Assembly: GCF_004017535.1 (NCBI RefSeq)
Contig: NZ_SAJS01000016.1
DNA from: Mesorhizobium sp.
GTDB taxonomy: Bacteria > Pseudomonadota > Alphaproteobacteria > Rhizobiales > Rhizobiaceae
Reading direction: 5' to 3' (one strand)
Length of the DNA stretch: 64,000 nucleotides
A program made the translations under genes and the position numbers. Position 1 is the first letter of the stretch, and every line of letters begins with the position of its first letter. Under the pieces are notes generated by a model that was not told the DNA's origin, made no database searches, and worked only from the letters and a program-made list of their open reading frames with translations. Of this stretch, positions 38,301 to 48,327 are shown one piece after another.

Positions 38301-39069
38301 TGTCGTCCCGCAACGCCTCCTCCATAAACATCTGTGGGTCGCTGCAGAAGTCGCGCATCATGCGAAAATGGTCGGTGTCCTGAAAATCGATCAGGTCGAG
38401 GCCGAAGCGGCTGATGCGGAAGAGCTGCGCGTTCGGACAAGCCATCAACAGCGGCGAGTGCGTCGCCATGATGACATGCGCCGTGCCGGATTGCTCCATG
38501 CGTCGAAGCAATTTGAGCAGCTCGATCTGGCGCGTCGGCGACAGCGCGCTTTCTGGCTCGTCGAGGATGTAGATGCCTTGCCGTCGGCAGCGCTCCTCGA
38601 AGAAGCGGATGAAGCCTTCGCCATGCGACCATGAGAGGAAATCGGGCGGCGCACCGCCGGATTCCCGCGCCGCCTCGTCGAGATAGCGCGCAACCGAATA
38701 GAAGGACTCGGCGCGAAAGAACCAACCAGCGGTTACCTTTGGCAGCCAGTGGCACCGGAAACTGCTCGCCAGCCCTGCACCGCTCTTGTCGATGGCGCGA
38801 GAATGATCGACGGGCATATACCCCTTGCCGCCGCCCGCCTCGTCATAGCCCGCCAATGCTCCGATTGCCTCCAGCAGCGTCGATTTGCCGGTGCCGTTCT
38901 CGCCGACGATGATGGTGATGGCCGAGGCGAATTCGAACTCGAATTCGCGGTTGCGAAAAATCGGCAGGTTCCAGGGATATTGATCCCAGTCGGCAACCCG
39001 CGACGGCTCAAGCAGGATGCGCTTGAGATAGGGCGCTTTCAGCCGTGTCAGTTGCTTGCGGACAGCCAC
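38293..39069 (-). CDS. stand-alone ABC-like P-loop ATPase (COG3910-like AAA family ATPase)
   Basis: Walker A VGENGTGKSTLLEAI, Walker B IYILDEPESALS, H-loop MATHSP. There are no transporter domains. Confidence 0.8.
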   Translation of the reverse strand: MAVRKQLTRLKAPYLKRILLEPSRVADWDQYPWNLPIFRNREFEFEFASAITIIVGENGTGKSTLLEAIGALAGYDEAGGGKGYMPVDHSRAIDKSGAGLASSFRCHWLPKVTAGWFFRAESFYSVARYLDEAARESGGAPPDFLSWSHGEGFIRFFEERCRRQGIYILDEPESALSPTRQIELLKLLRRMEQSGTAHVIMATHSPLLMACPNAQLFRISRFGLDLIDFQDTDHFRMMRDFCSDPQMFMEEALRDDNE

Positions 39070-39113
39070 GTCGAACCTTCAGCGATGGAATGGCGCGGCT
39101 CCATTCAAACCGG

Positions 39114-39941
39114 CTACTCGTCGGACCATTCCGGCTTGCGCTTGCCGATGAAGGCGCCGATGCCTTCCTCGGCGTCGCGCGCCAGCATGTTTTCCACCAT
39201 CACGCGGCCGGTATAGGCATAGGCGTCGGCCAACCCCATCTCAGCCTGGGCGTAGAAGGCTTCCTTGCCGGTCTTGACCACCAACGACGATTTTGAAGCA
39301 ATGGTATGCGCGTATTTGTTGACAACCTGATTGAGATATTCACGCGGCACGATGCGGTTGACCAGGCCGAACTCCTTGGCGGTCGCGGCGTCGATCGTCT
39401 CGCCGGTGAGTAGCATTTCCATCGCCTGCTTGCGCGAGACATTGCGCGACAGCGCCACCATGGGCGTCGAGCAGAACAGCCCGATATTGACGCCCGGCGT
39501 GCAGAAGGTGGCCTCGTGCGAGGCGATGGCCAGGTCACAGCTCGCGACCAGCTGCAGGCCGGCGGCCGTCGCCAGGCCGTCGACCTCGGCGATCACCGGT
39601 TTCGGGTGGCGCACGATCGTCTGCATCAACGTCGCGCAGGCAGCGAAGGTTCTTTCGAAGAAGGCTTTGCCCCGGTCCGGCTCGGCGCGGTGCGCCGTCA
39701 TCTCCTTGAGGTCATGACCGGCGCAGAACACTTTTCCCGAGGCCGCCAGGATGATCACGCGCACGGATTTCTCTTCTCTCACACGATCGAACCCGGCTTG
39801 CAGCGCTGCCATCGTCGCCAGCGACAGCGCATTGGCCGGCGGGCTGGCAAGCGTGAGGCGCAGGACGCCCTTGTCCTGGCTGACAAGAACGGGGCCGTCG
39901 GCGACGGCGGGCTTGATGGCAACAACTTCAGCCATGTCCAA
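39114..39941 (-). CDS. enoyl-CoA hydratase/isomerase family protein
   Basis: Crotonase fold: FCAGHDLKEM ... AEVDGLATAAGLQLV..CDL. Confidence 0.9.
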   Translation of the reverse strand: MDMAEVVAIKPAVADGPVLVSQDKGVLRLTLASPPANALSLATMAALQAGFDRVREEKSVRVIILAASGKVFCAGHDLKEMTAHRAEPDRGKAFFERTFAACATLMQTIVRHPKPVIAEVDGLATAAGLQLVASCDLAIASHEATFCTPGVNIGLFCSTPMVALSRNVSRKQAMEMLLTGETIDAATAKEFGLVNRIVPREYLNQVVNKYAHTIASKSSLVVKTGKEAFYAQAEMGLADAYAYTGRVMVENMLARDAEEGIGAFIGKRKPEWSDE

Positions 39942-40086
39942 TCTCTCTGGTCAGCGCTTGCGGCGCATGGAGCAACAGAACTAGCACGCTGCCGGTTGAA
40001 GAACAGCCGCGAGGGGTGTTTTCTCCGTCGCACCGTTTGGTCCAGGCCATTTCGCCCGGAGCTTGTCATTCATATAGGACGCCGCC

Positions 40087-40551
40087 ATGCCTGCCCAAAG
40101 CGATCTGAAACCGATGCTCAACGCGGCCGAAGTCAATGCGCTGATGGCAAGCGTCTATCCGCAGCTGAACGACAGTTTCACCTCCTATGAGGCGATCAAC
40201 GTGTTTCCCGGCGGCTGCACGGTTCGGCTCAATGCCGACGAACGGCATCTGCGTCCGGGCGGCACGGTGTCCGGTCCGTCGCTGTTCACGCTGGCCGACA
40301 TCGGCGGCTATGTCTGCGTGCTCAGCCACGCCGGACCGGACGCGCTGTCGGTGACGGTCAACCTCGACATCAACTTCATGCGCAAGGCCGAAGCCGGTCC
40401 CATCGACGGCCATTGCCGTATCCTGAAACTCGGCAAGAGCCTGATGGTGTTCGACATCGACATCGTGGCGGGCCAGGAGGGGCACACTGTGGCGCATGCC
40501 ACGGGGACCTATTCCATTCCAAGGAAGCGCGAGAATGATGCGGTAAAATAG
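40087..40551 (+). CDS. PaaI-family (hotdog) thioesterase
   Basis: [17 protein letters not shown]...[11 protein letters not shown]...[11 protein letters not shown]. Confidence 0.8.
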   Translation: MPAQSDLKPMLNAAEVNALMASVYPQLNDSFTSYEAINVFPGGCTVRLNADERHLRPGGTVSGPSLFTLADIGGYVCVLSHAGPDALSVTVNLDINFMRKAEAGPIDGHCRILKLGKSLMVFDIDIVAGQEGHTVAHATGTYSIPRKRENDAVK

Positions 40552-40612
40552 TACCGCCTTATCAAGGGATTGTTTTTTCTATATTTATTCGCCTGAACTC
40601 ATTTCTCGTTGC

Positions 40613-40641
40613 CTTGACGTGTCAGGCACCCTCGCCTATAA
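40613..40641 (+). promoter_or_regulatory. sigma-70-type promoter of rplM-rpsI
   Basis: CTTGAC-N17-CTATAA matches the rhizobial consensus CTTGAC-N17-CTATAT. Lies about 125 nt upstream of the rplM ATG. Confidence 0.55.
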
Positions 40642-40765
40642 GCCCACCCGAAGCAGCGGCCCGGAAAGGCCGCCGTTTTGTTATTGGCGGACTTTCCGTC
40701 AATCCAAGCAACAAGAAACGCCTTTCTGTCCTTCGGGTCTGAAAGGTCAACCTGAGAGCAAAACC

Positions 40766-41230
40766 ATGGCTACCTTTTCGCAGAAGCCTGCGGATGTGGT
40801 GAAGAAGTGGGTGCTGATCGACGCCGAAGGTCTCGTCGTCGGTCGTCTGGCCACCGTCATCGCCAACCATCTGCGCGGCAAGCACAAGCCCACCTTCACC
40901 CCGCATGTCGATGATGGCGACAATGTCATCGTCATCAATGCCGACAAGGTGGTGTTCACCGGCAAGAAGTACACCGACAAGGTCTACTACTGGCACACCG
41001 GCCATCCCGGCGGCATCAAGGAGCGCACCGCGCGCCAGTTGCTCGAGGGCCGTTTCCCCGAGCGCGTCGTCGAGAAGGCCGTCGAGCGCATGATCCCGCG
41101 CGGCCCGCTTGGCCGCCGCCAGATGAAGAATCTCCGCGTCTATGCCGGCGCCGAGCATCCGCACACCGCCCAGCAGCCCGTCACGCTCGACGTGGCCAAG
41201 CTGAACTCCAAGAACAAGAGGGCTTCGTAA
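40766..41230 (+). CDS. rplM: 50S ribosomal protein L13
   Basis: [48 protein letters not shown] 40619.. trimmed to ATG 40766. Confidence 0.97.
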   Translation: MATFSQKPADVVKKWVLIDAEGLVVGRLATVIANHLRGKHKPTFTPHVDDGDNVIVINADKVVFTGKKYTDKVYYWHTGHPGGIKERTARQLLEGRFPERVVEKAVERMIPRGPLGRRQMKNLRVYAGAEHPHTAQQPVTLDVAKLNSKNKRAS

Positions 41231-41700
41231 TGGCTGAGCTTTCCTCGCTCGCAGAACTCGGCACCGTCGCCGCGCAGCCGGCCGCGCCCGTGCATGTCCA
41301 GAAGCTCGACAAGTCGGGCCGCGCCTATGCCACCGGCAAGCGCAAGAACGCCATCGCGCGCGTTTGGGTGAAGCCGGGCTCCGGCAAGATCACCGTCAAC
41401 GACAAGGAATTCGCGACCTATTTCGCGCGTCCGGTGCTGCAGATGATCCTCAACCAGCCGATCGTCGCGGCCAACCGCGCTGGCCAGTACGACATCGTCG
41501 CCACCGTCATCGGCGGCGGCCTCTCCGGCCAGGCCGGTGCGGTGCGTCACGGCATCTCCAAGGCGCTGACCTACTATGAGCCGGGCCTGCGCTCGGTGCT
41601 CAAGAAGGGCGGCTTCCTGACCCGCGACAGCCGCGTGGTCGAGCGCAAGAAGTACGGCAAGGCCAAGGCCCGCCGCTCTTTCCAGTTCTCCAAGCGCTAA
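41230..41700 (+). CDS. rpsI: 30S ribosomal protein S9
   Basis: [13 protein letters not shown]...[19 protein letters not shown]...[30 protein letters not shown] overlap with rplM. Confidence 0.97.
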   Translation: MAELSSLAELGTVAAQPAAPVHVQKLDKSGRAYATGKRKNAIARVWVKPGSGKITVNDKEFATYFARPVLQMILNQPIVAANRAGQYDIVATVIGGGLSGQAGAVRHGISKALTYYEPGLRSVLKKGGFLTRDSRVVERKKYGKAKARRSFQFSKR

Positions 41701-41756
41701 GAAGCGCTTGGGGCCAAGTTCTCGAAGCGCTAAGCGCTGGGAGATCCAAGCTTTCG

Positions 41757-41787
41757 AAAAGGCCGCCTCCGGGCGGCCTTTTTGTTT
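41757..41787. terminator. bidirectional Rho-independent terminator (rpsI / LysR gene)
   Basis: AAAAGGCCGCC-TCCG-GGCGGCCTTTT followed by TGTTT. Confidence 0.9.
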
Positions 41788-41790
41788 CCG

Positions 41791-42699
41791 TCACCAGCGC
41801 CCGGCCGGCGTCTTGATGTAGTCGATGAAGGCACGCAGCGGCGCCGGCACCAAGCGGCGCCCGGGATAGTAGAGAAACGGCCCCGAAAAGTTTTGCCACC
41901 ACGGCTCCAGCACGGCCTCCAGCGCGCCGCTCTCGAAATGCGGGCGTACCCAGTCCTCGAACAGCCAGAGAATGCCGACGCCGGCGATCGCCGCATCGAT
42001 GGCGAGATCGACGCCTCCGCCGATGCTGACGAGCAATGGTCCCGTGGTATCGACCCGCACCACCTCACCATCCCGCTCGAACTCCCAGGGTGTCATGACC
42101 CCGCTCGGGAAGCGACCGCGTATGCAGGAATGGCCAAGCAGGTCGCGCGGGTGCTGCGGCCGGCCGTGCCGGTCAAGATAGGCCGGCGCGGCGGAGGTGG
42201 TGAAGCGCTGCGTGCGCGGTCCGATCGGCACGGCGATCATGTCCTGCTCCAGCCGCTCGTCATAGCGGATGCCGGCATCGCAGCCGGCGACCAGCAGATC
42301 GATGAAGTTCTCCTCGGCGATCACCTCCAGGCGAATGGCAGGATAGGCCGCCAGAAATCCCGGAACGATCCTTGGCAGCACCAGCCGCGAGGCGCTTATC
42401 GGCACGTTGAGCCGCAGGGTTCCGGCGGGCCGGTCACGAAAGCCGTTCACCACATCGAGCGCGGCTTCCACCTCACCCAAAGCGGGGCCGAGCCGCGCCA
42501 GCAGGCCGGCGCCAGCCTCGGTCAAAGCGACGCTGCGCGTGGTGCGGTTGAAGAGCCGCACGCCAAGCTGGGTTTCCAGACGGCGGATGGCTTCACTAAG
42601 CGCGGATGCGCTGCCCGCCGTGGCGCGGGCGCCTTCGCGAAAGCCGCCGGCGCGCGCCACGGCCATGAACGCCTGAAGATCGTTCAGATCGGTCGCCAT
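41791..42699 (-). CDS. LysR-family transcriptional regulator
   Basis: N-terminal wHTH DLNDLQAFMAVARAGGFREGAR...SASALSEAIRRLE. The track start (TTG 42708) is trimmed to ATG 42699. Confidence 0.9.
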   Translation of the reverse strand: MATDLNDLQAFMAVARAGGFREGARATAGSASALSEAIRRLETQLGVRLFNRTTRSVALTEAGAGLLARLGPALGEVEAALDVVNGFRDRPAGTLRLNVPISASRLVLPRIVPGFLAAYPAIRLEVIAEENFIDLLVAGCDAGIRYDERLEQDMIAVPIGPRTQRFTTSAAPAYLDRHGRPQHPRDLLGHSCIRGRFPSGVMTPWEFERDGEVVRVDTTGPLLVSIGGGVDLAIDAAIAGVGILWLFEDWVRPHFESGALEAVLEPWWQNFSGPFLYYPGRRLVPAPLRAFIDYIKTPAGRW

Positions 42700-42793
42700 T
42701 GTTCTCAATCCCGCACAAGCCGTACCGGTTATATCCGGTTATCGGGACAGCGGCCATGCCCTATCTCCGTCGTCGACAGCGAAGGAGGCCACG

Positions 42794-43666
42794 ATGTCCA
42801 GCGTAAACAAATCCGGCACCTATAAATTCGGCGACCGTCCGGTCCGGCGCCTCGGCTACGGCGCCATGCAGCTCGCAGGCAAAGGCGTGTTCGGTCCGCC
42901 GAAAGACCATGACGCGGCCATCGCCGTGCTCCGCGAAGCGGTGGCGCAAGGCGTGAACCATATCGACACCAGCGATTACTACGGTCCCTATGTCACCAAC
43001 AAGCTGATCCGCGAGGCGCTGTCGCCCTACCCCGACGACCTCACCATCGTCACCAAGATCGGCGCCCGCCGTGGCGAAGACGCCTCCTGGCTGCCGGCCT
43101 TCACAGCCGATGAGCTCGAACAGGCCGTGCACGACAATCTCCGCAATCTTGGCCTCGAGGTGATGGACGTCGTCAATCTGCGCATCATGTTCGGGGTGCA
43201 TGGTCCGGCCGAAGGTTCCATCGAGGCGCAGGTCACCAAGCTGGCCAAGTTGCAGCGCAAAGGCCTGGTGCGCCATATCGGCTTGAGCAACGTCACCCGC
43301 GCGCAGATCGCGGAAGGCCGCAAGATCTGCGACATCGTCTGCGTGCAGAACCAGTACAATCTGGCGCACCGCAACGATGACGCGCTGATCGACCAACTGG
43401 CGCGCGACGGCATCGCCTATGTGCCCTTCTTCCCACTCGGCGGCTTCAGTCCGTTGCAATCGTCGACGCTGTCCGACGTGGCCGAACGGCTCGGCGCGAC
43501 GCCGATGCAGGTGGCGCTGGCGTGGCTGCTGCAGCGTTCGCCCAATATCCTTTTGATACCGGGCACGTCGTCGGTCGCGCATCTGCGGGAGAATCTGGCT
43601 GCGGCGGAGCTGGAGCTGTCGGCTGATGTGTTGAACGAGCTGGATGGCGTGGCGAAAGCAGCGTAG
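42794..43666 (+). CDS. aldo/keto reductase
   Basis: LGYGAMQLAG...HIDTSDYYGP...IGLSN...QNQYNL. Strong RBS GAAGGAGG. Divergent from the LysR gene. Confidence 0.9.
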   Translation: MSSVNKSGTYKFGDRPVRRLGYGAMQLAGKGVFGPPKDHDAAIAVLREAVAQGVNHIDTSDYYGPYVTNKLIREALSPYPDDLTIVTKIGARRGEDASWLPAFTADELEQAVHDNLRNLGLEVMDVVNLRIMFGVHGPAEGSIEAQVTKLAKLQRKGLVRHIGLSNVTRAQIAEGRKICDIVCVQNQYNLAHRNDDALIDQLARDGIAYVPFFPLGGFSPLQSSTLSDVAERLGATPMQVALAWLLQRSPNILLIPGTSSVAHLRENLAAAELELSADVLNELDGVAKAA

Positions 43667-43811
43667 CTCGGCGCAGCGCCCGCGCCGCGCTTTATACTCG
43701 AACGCTGGCACGCTGGCATGGAGCGACTACAGTTGGCACCACGCGCTACCTTCCCTCGATGGGGAGGTCGGCGCGCGAAGCGCCGGGCGGGGTGAAGCGC
43801 CACGCCGGGTC

Positions 43812-44870
43812 CTAATTGATGCTCGCCGTGTGCGCCGGCTCGGCCTGCTTGATGTCCGTAGTGTAAGGCACCCGATACCCGTTCTCGGCCAGCCACTCAA
43901 TAGCCGCTTTCGGCTCGTCGGTCTGGATGATCGTTGCGCCGCGGTCGACCCAGAAACCCCAAGCTTCGCGTGGCAGGCCGGCGGCGACGGCGAGTTCGTC
44001 GCCACGGCCGCCGGCGAGGAAGCCGCCCGGCTTGCGCACGATGGCGTAGGTGTCGGCCCAAAGGTGCCAATCGCCTCGGGCCGCTTCGGCGCGCATATGG
44101 TTGCTGAACAGCGGCCCGCCAGAGGCGGTCAGCGTCTCGGCGCCGTTGCGCCAGTTGATCAATTCGATGGCGCGCGGCGCGAACGCCTTGTCGACCTCAT
44201 CGGCGAAGGCGGCGTCAAGCACGGCGTCGTCGGCGAGGATCGGCATGAACTGGAAGCCGCCGCCTGCCCTGGAAAGCGCGGCACTGGTGGCATCGATGCG
44301 CTGCCGGTTCCAGAGGTTCTCCTTGACGATCACCTGGTCGGCCATGCCGAGGTCGCGCGCCTCCGCGACCATTCCGGGTAGGTCGGTCACCTCCAGCTTG
44401 TTGTCCAGGTTTATCAGGATCCTGTCCCTGGTCGTCAGCAGCATCTCGCGCAGCGTCGACACCGTCTCGTTGGTGACGGCGCCCGTGCCCTCGATGACCA
44501 GCCGGCATTTCTTCAGCTCGGCAAGCGTGTAGTTCACAACCTCGCCCTTGCAGGTGGTGGTGCGGTCGAGCCAGCTGTCATGCATGATGACGAACTCGCC
44601 GTCCTTCGCGCGACGGACATCGACCTCGACGATCTCGGCGCCGATCGCGATCGACCGTTCGACCGCGGCCAACGAGTTCTCCGCGTAAAGTGTCTTGCCG
44701 GCCTGCATGCTGCCGGCGCGGTGCGCGGCGATCATCACATGATCGCGCCATTGGTTGGCGTGCTCGAAGCGATCGAGGATTTGGGCGGCGCGCGTCTGGC
44801 CGGCTAGACTTTGGCTAGGAATTGCACCAAGCGCGGCGGACAGAAAAAGGCTCAGCCAGAGTGTTCGCAT
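43812..44870 (-). CDS. secreted glycerophosphodiester phosphodiesterase-family protein with a C-terminal extension
   Basis: Signal peptide. GDPD motifs IAAHRAGS...ENSLAAVERSI..GAEIVEVDVRRAKDGEFVIMHD. Confidence 0.8.
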   Translation of the reverse strand: MRTLWLSLFLSAALGAIPSQSLAGQTRAAQILDRFEHANQWRDHVMIAAHRAGSMQAGKTLYAENSLAAVERSIAIGAEIVEVDVRRAKDGEFVIMHDSWLDRTTTCKGEVVNYTLAELKKCRLVIEGTGAVTNETVSTLREMLLTTRDRILINLDNKLEVTDLPGMVAEARDLGMADQVIVKENLWNRQRIDATSAALSRAGGGFQFMPILADDAVLDAAFADEVDKAFAPRAIELINWRNGAETLTASGGPLFSNHMRAEAARGDWHLWADTYAIVRKPGGFLAGGRGDELAVAAGLPREAWGFWVDRGATIIQTDEPKAAIEWLAENGYRVPYTTDIKQAEPAHTASIN

Positions 44871-45058
44871 CGGGGAATCGCTCCGTTCCGGGTCGGTATC
44901 CGGTTAGGCGTTTCCGATGACAAGGCGGTGAACGAAGCCGGCTAGTTTTTGGATCAAATCCTTTTGGAGAGCGCCGCCTCGTTTCCACAAGCTGTGACTG
45001 GCATGTTGGGTGCCGCTTCTGTAGTGGTGGCTGCCCCGATGCAAACCGAGGACCCGTA

Positions 45059-46060
45059 ATGGCGAACCAAGAGATCGACCACGCCTTCACCGCCCGCTCC
45101 AAGACGGGCGCGTCGCTCGAGCCGACTTATGCCGGCGCGCTGTCGTTCATGCGGCGCAAATACACGAAGGACGTGAAGGGCGCGGACGCCGTCATATGGG
45201 GCATTCCTTTCGATGCCGCCGTCACCAACCGGCCTGGCGCCCGCTTCGGGCCGCAGGCGATCCGCCGCGCCTCAGCGATCCTCGACAACGATCCGCAGTA
45301 TCCGTTCTCGCGCGATCTGTTCGAGCATCTTTCGGTGGTCGACTACGGCGATTGCCTGCTGGACAGCGGCAATCACCAGAAAACGCCGGGCACGATCGAG
45401 CGCGAAGCGGCCAAGATCCTGAAATCAGGCGCGTTCCTTTTGACGCTCGGCGGCGACCATTTCGTCACCTGGCCGCTGCTCAAGGCGCATGCCGCAATCC
45501 ACGGGCCGCTGGCGCTCGTGCAGTTCGACGCGCATCAGGACACCTGGCCGGACGACGGCAAGCGTATCGACCACGGCTCCTTCGTCGCACGCGCGGTGAA
45601 GGAAGGCATCATCGACCCCGACCGCTCGATCCAGATCGGCATCCGCACCCATGCGCCGGATACATTCGGCATCAAGATCCTCTACGGCCACGAGGTTGAG
45701 GAAATGCGCGCCTCCGATATCGCCTATGCGATCGTCGAGCGCACCGGCGGCAAGAAGACCTATCTCACCTTCGACATCGACTGCCTCGATCCGGCCTTCG
45801 CGCCAGGTACTGGCACGCCGGTGGCAGGTGGCCCGTCATCGGCCAAGATGCTGTCGACGCTGCGCCAGCTCGGCCAGGTCGATGTCGTCGGCGCCGACAT
45901 CGTCGAGGTTGCGCCGGCCTATGATCATGCCGATATAACGGCGATCGCCGGATCGATCATCGCCATGCACTATCTCGGCCTGTTGGCGGAACGAAAGGCA
46001 CGGGCGGAAGAGTTGAACAACGGCAATCCTGCCGCGATAAATCATGCTCACGGCATATGA
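45059..46060 (+). CDS. agmatinase / ureohydrolase-family protein
   Basis: Arginase-fold Mn motifs GGDHFVTWP, DAHQD, SFDIDCLDPAFAPGTGTP. Confidence 0.88.
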   Translation: MANQEIDHAFTARSKTGASLEPTYAGALSFMRRKYTKDVKGADAVIWGIPFDAAVTNRPGARFGPQAIRRASAILDNDPQYPFSRDLFEHLSVVDYGDCLLDSGNHQKTPGTIEREAAKILKSGAFLLTLGGDHFVTWPLLKAHAAIHGPLALVQFDAHQDTWPDDGKRIDHGSFVARAVKEGIIDPDRSIQIGIRTHAPDTFGIKILYGHEVEEMRASDIAYAIVERTGGKKTYLTFDIDCLDPAFAPGTGTPVAGGPSSAKMLSTLRQLGQVDVVGADIVEVAPAYDHADITAIAGSIIAMHYLGLLAERKARAEELNNGNPAAINHAHGI

Positions 46061-46089
46061 TTTTGAAATCGCAGGGAATTTGGTAAGCG

Positions 46090-47022
46090 ATGAAACCGAA
46101 AATCTTCATTGACGGCGAACACGGCACCACGGGTCTGCAGATCAGGGCGCTGCTGGCCGACCGCGGCGACCTGGAGATCATCTCCATCCCGACCGAGCGC
46201 CGCAAGGAGACCGCCGCCCGCGCCGAATTCCTCAACGCGGCCGATGTCGCGATCCTTTGCCTGCCGGATGCGGCCGCGAAGGAAAGCGTGTCGCTGATCA
46301 CGAACGACACGACCAAGGTGATCGACGCCTCGACGGCGCATCGGGTTGCCGAGGGCTGGGAATATGGATTTGCCGAAATGGACAAGGGCCAGGCGAAGAA
46401 GATCGCCAGCGCGAAGCGCATCGCCAATCCGGGCTGCTGGCCGCAAGGGCCTATCGCGACGCTGCGGCCGCTGGTCTCCGCCGGCCTGTTGCCGGCCGAT
46501 TTTCCGGTCACCGTCAACGGCATTTCCGGCTATTCCGGCGGCGGGCGGCCGATGATCGAGGACTATGTCGGCAAGGGCGAGGATGCGCCCGAGTTCCTGC
46601 CCTACGGGCTGACGCTGCAGCACAAGCATGTGCCGGAGCTCCGCACCTATGCGAAGCTGTCGCACGACCCGATCATGCAGCCGGCTGTGGGCAATTTCGC
46701 GCAGGGCATGATCACGGTGGTGCCGCTGCAGCTCGGCGGTCTCGACCGCGTGCCGACCGGCGCCGAGCTTCACGCGGCGATCGCCGACCATTATGCCTCG
46801 ATCGACGGCGGCGTGGTCGAGGTCGCGCCCTACACTCATATGGAGCGCATCCCGGAGATCGATCCGGAAATCTACAACGGCACCAACCGGATGAAGGTCT
46901 ATGTGTTCGCCAACGACGAGAGGGCGCAGGCGCTGCTGATGGCCGTCTACGACAATCTCGGCAAGGGCGCGTCGGGCGCCGCGGTGCAGAATCTCGACCT
47001 GATGCTCGGCATCAAGCACTGA
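46090..47022 (+). CDS. argC: N-acetyl-gamma-glutamyl-phosphate reductase (short type-2 form)
   Basis: IFIDGEHGTTGLQI...IANPGCWPQG (catalytic Cys)...DNLGKGASGAAVQN. Confidence 0.93.
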   Translation: MKPKIFIDGEHGTTGLQIRALLADRGDLEIISIPTERRKETAARAEFLNAADVAILCLPDAAAKESVSLITNDTTKVIDASTAHRVAEGWEYGFAEMDKGQAKKIASAKRIANPGCWPQGPIATLRPLVSAGLLPADFPVTVNGISGYSGGGRPMIEDYVGKGEDAPEFLPYGLTLQHKHVPELRTYAKLSHDPIMQPAVGNFAQGMITVVPLQLGGLDRVPTGAELHAAIADHYASIDGGVVEVAPYTHMERIPEIDPEIYNGTNRMKVYVFANDERAQALLMAVYDNLGKGASGAAVQNLDLMLGIKH

Positions 47023-47084
47023 ACGGCAATGCAAGCGTTTCCTGGGTGCTGGACGGTCAGCGCTCCTGAGCTCATCGCCGGCCG

Positions 47085-48176
47085 TCAGCTTCTGACGCTT
47101 ATATCGGTCGGCAGCGGATAGGCGCCCTTGGTGCCTCGCCAATGCGCGGTGGCGAAGCCGAGCAGGACCAGCGCGATCGCCTGATGCGTCAATGCCAGGT
47201 GCAGCGGCACCTGCATCAGCAGCGTGCCGATGCCGATCGAGGCCTGGACGAACACCAGCGCGAACAGAAGCGTGGCCCGGCGGGCATGGGTGGTGCCGGG
47301 CTGGCGCCGCCACGTGGCGATCATATGCCAGAGCGCCACGACAAAGACCGTATAGGCGCCCAGCCGGTGGACGAACTGCACCGTCTTCGGATTTTCAAAG
47401 AAGTTCAGCCAGGCGGGCTTCAGGAGAAGCAGATCGGAGGGGATCACCTTTCCGTCCATCAGCGGCCATGTGTTGTAGGAAAGACCGGCGTGAAGGCCGG
47501 CGACCAATCCGCCGAGATAGATCTGGATCAGTGTCAGGAACACGATGAAGCCGGCGAGCCGCTGCGTCGAGCGGTCGGCGGCAGACTCCGAATGCGGCGC
47601 CAAGCCTCGCGCGACCGCCATGGTGGCGGTGAAAATCAGCGCGGCAAGCGTCAGATGCGTCGCCAGCCGGTACTGGCTGACCGAAATGCGGTCGACAAGG
47701 CCGGAAGCCACCATCCACCAACCGATGGCGCCTTGCAGCCCACCGAGCAGAAGGATGCCGACGAGCTTCAGCCCGAGCCCGCGCTCGATGCGGCGCGTCG
47801 CCCAGAAGAACAGCAGCGGCAGGGCGAAGACCACGCCGACGCTGCGCGCCAGGATGCGGTGCGCCCACTCCCACCAGAAGATCGACTTGAAGTCGTCGAG
47901 GCTCATGCCCTTGTTGATCTCGGTATATTGCGGGATCTGCTGGTAGCGCTGGAACTCTTCCTGCCATTCGGCGTCGTTGAGCGGCGGGATGACGCCATGG
48001 ATCGGCTGCCACTCGGTGATCGACAGCCCCGAGCCGGTGAGACGGGTGGAGCCGCCAACCAGCACCAGCGCGAACAGCACGAGCACCACGACGTAGAGCC
48101 AGCCGCGCACCAAAGCGCGGTTATGCAGGTCTCGGGCGCGTGCGGCATAGGGGGCCGTGGCGGTGATGGCAGCCAT
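47085..48176 (-). CDS. ctaA: COX15/CtaA-family heme A synthase
   Basis: 8-TM protein. [18 protein letters not shown]...WEWAHR...HRLGAY. ORF trimmed to ATG 48176. Confidence 0.88.
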   Translation of the reverse strand: MAAITATAPYAARARDLHNRALVRGWLYVVVLVLFALVLVGGSTRLTGSGLSITEWQPIHGVIPPLNDAEWQEEFQRYQQIPQYTEINKGMSLDDFKSIFWWEWAHRILARSVGVVFALPLLFFWATRRIERGLGLKLVGILLLGGLQGAIGWWMVASGLVDRISVSQYRLATHLTLAALIFTATMAVARGLAPHSESAADRSTQRLAGFIVFLTLIQIYLGGLVAGLHAGLSYNTWPLMDGKVIPSDLLLLKPAWLNFFENPKTVQFVHRLGAYTVFVVALWHMIATWRRQPGTTHARRATLLFALVFVQASIGIGTLLMQVPLHLALTHQAIALVLLGFATAHWRGTKGAYPLPTDISVRS

Positions 48177-48327
48177 GGACGTTTTCCGGCAATTGAAACG
48201 CCGGAGTGGTGGACCAAGGCTCGCGCCGTGGCAAGGCTGGATAGCGCGGCACGCCGTCGCGCCGGGCCGCGGTGGTTGCGCGCGCACGCCATTCAGCCTA
48301 AGTGAGACGGGTCAACGAGACCGCGAC

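Noticed and set aside
40619-40765. N-terminal extensions offered by the ORF track. Examples are rplM from 40619, ctaA to 48287, the CBS gene to 27659, the CoA-binding gene to 37668, 3195..3803 and 32286...
   Set aside because: The extensions run through promoters or leaders, lack an RBS, and add non-homologous Arg/Pro-rich residues. Internal ATG starts with an SD sequence and family-typical N-termini were used instead.
42725-42742. Direct repeat CCGGTTAT-AT-CCGGTTAT in the LysR / aldo-keto reductase divergent region, considered as a LysR operator.
   Set aside because: A T-N11-A spacing can be drawn, but there is no clear dyad symmetry. This is too weak to call a binding site without comparative or experimental data.
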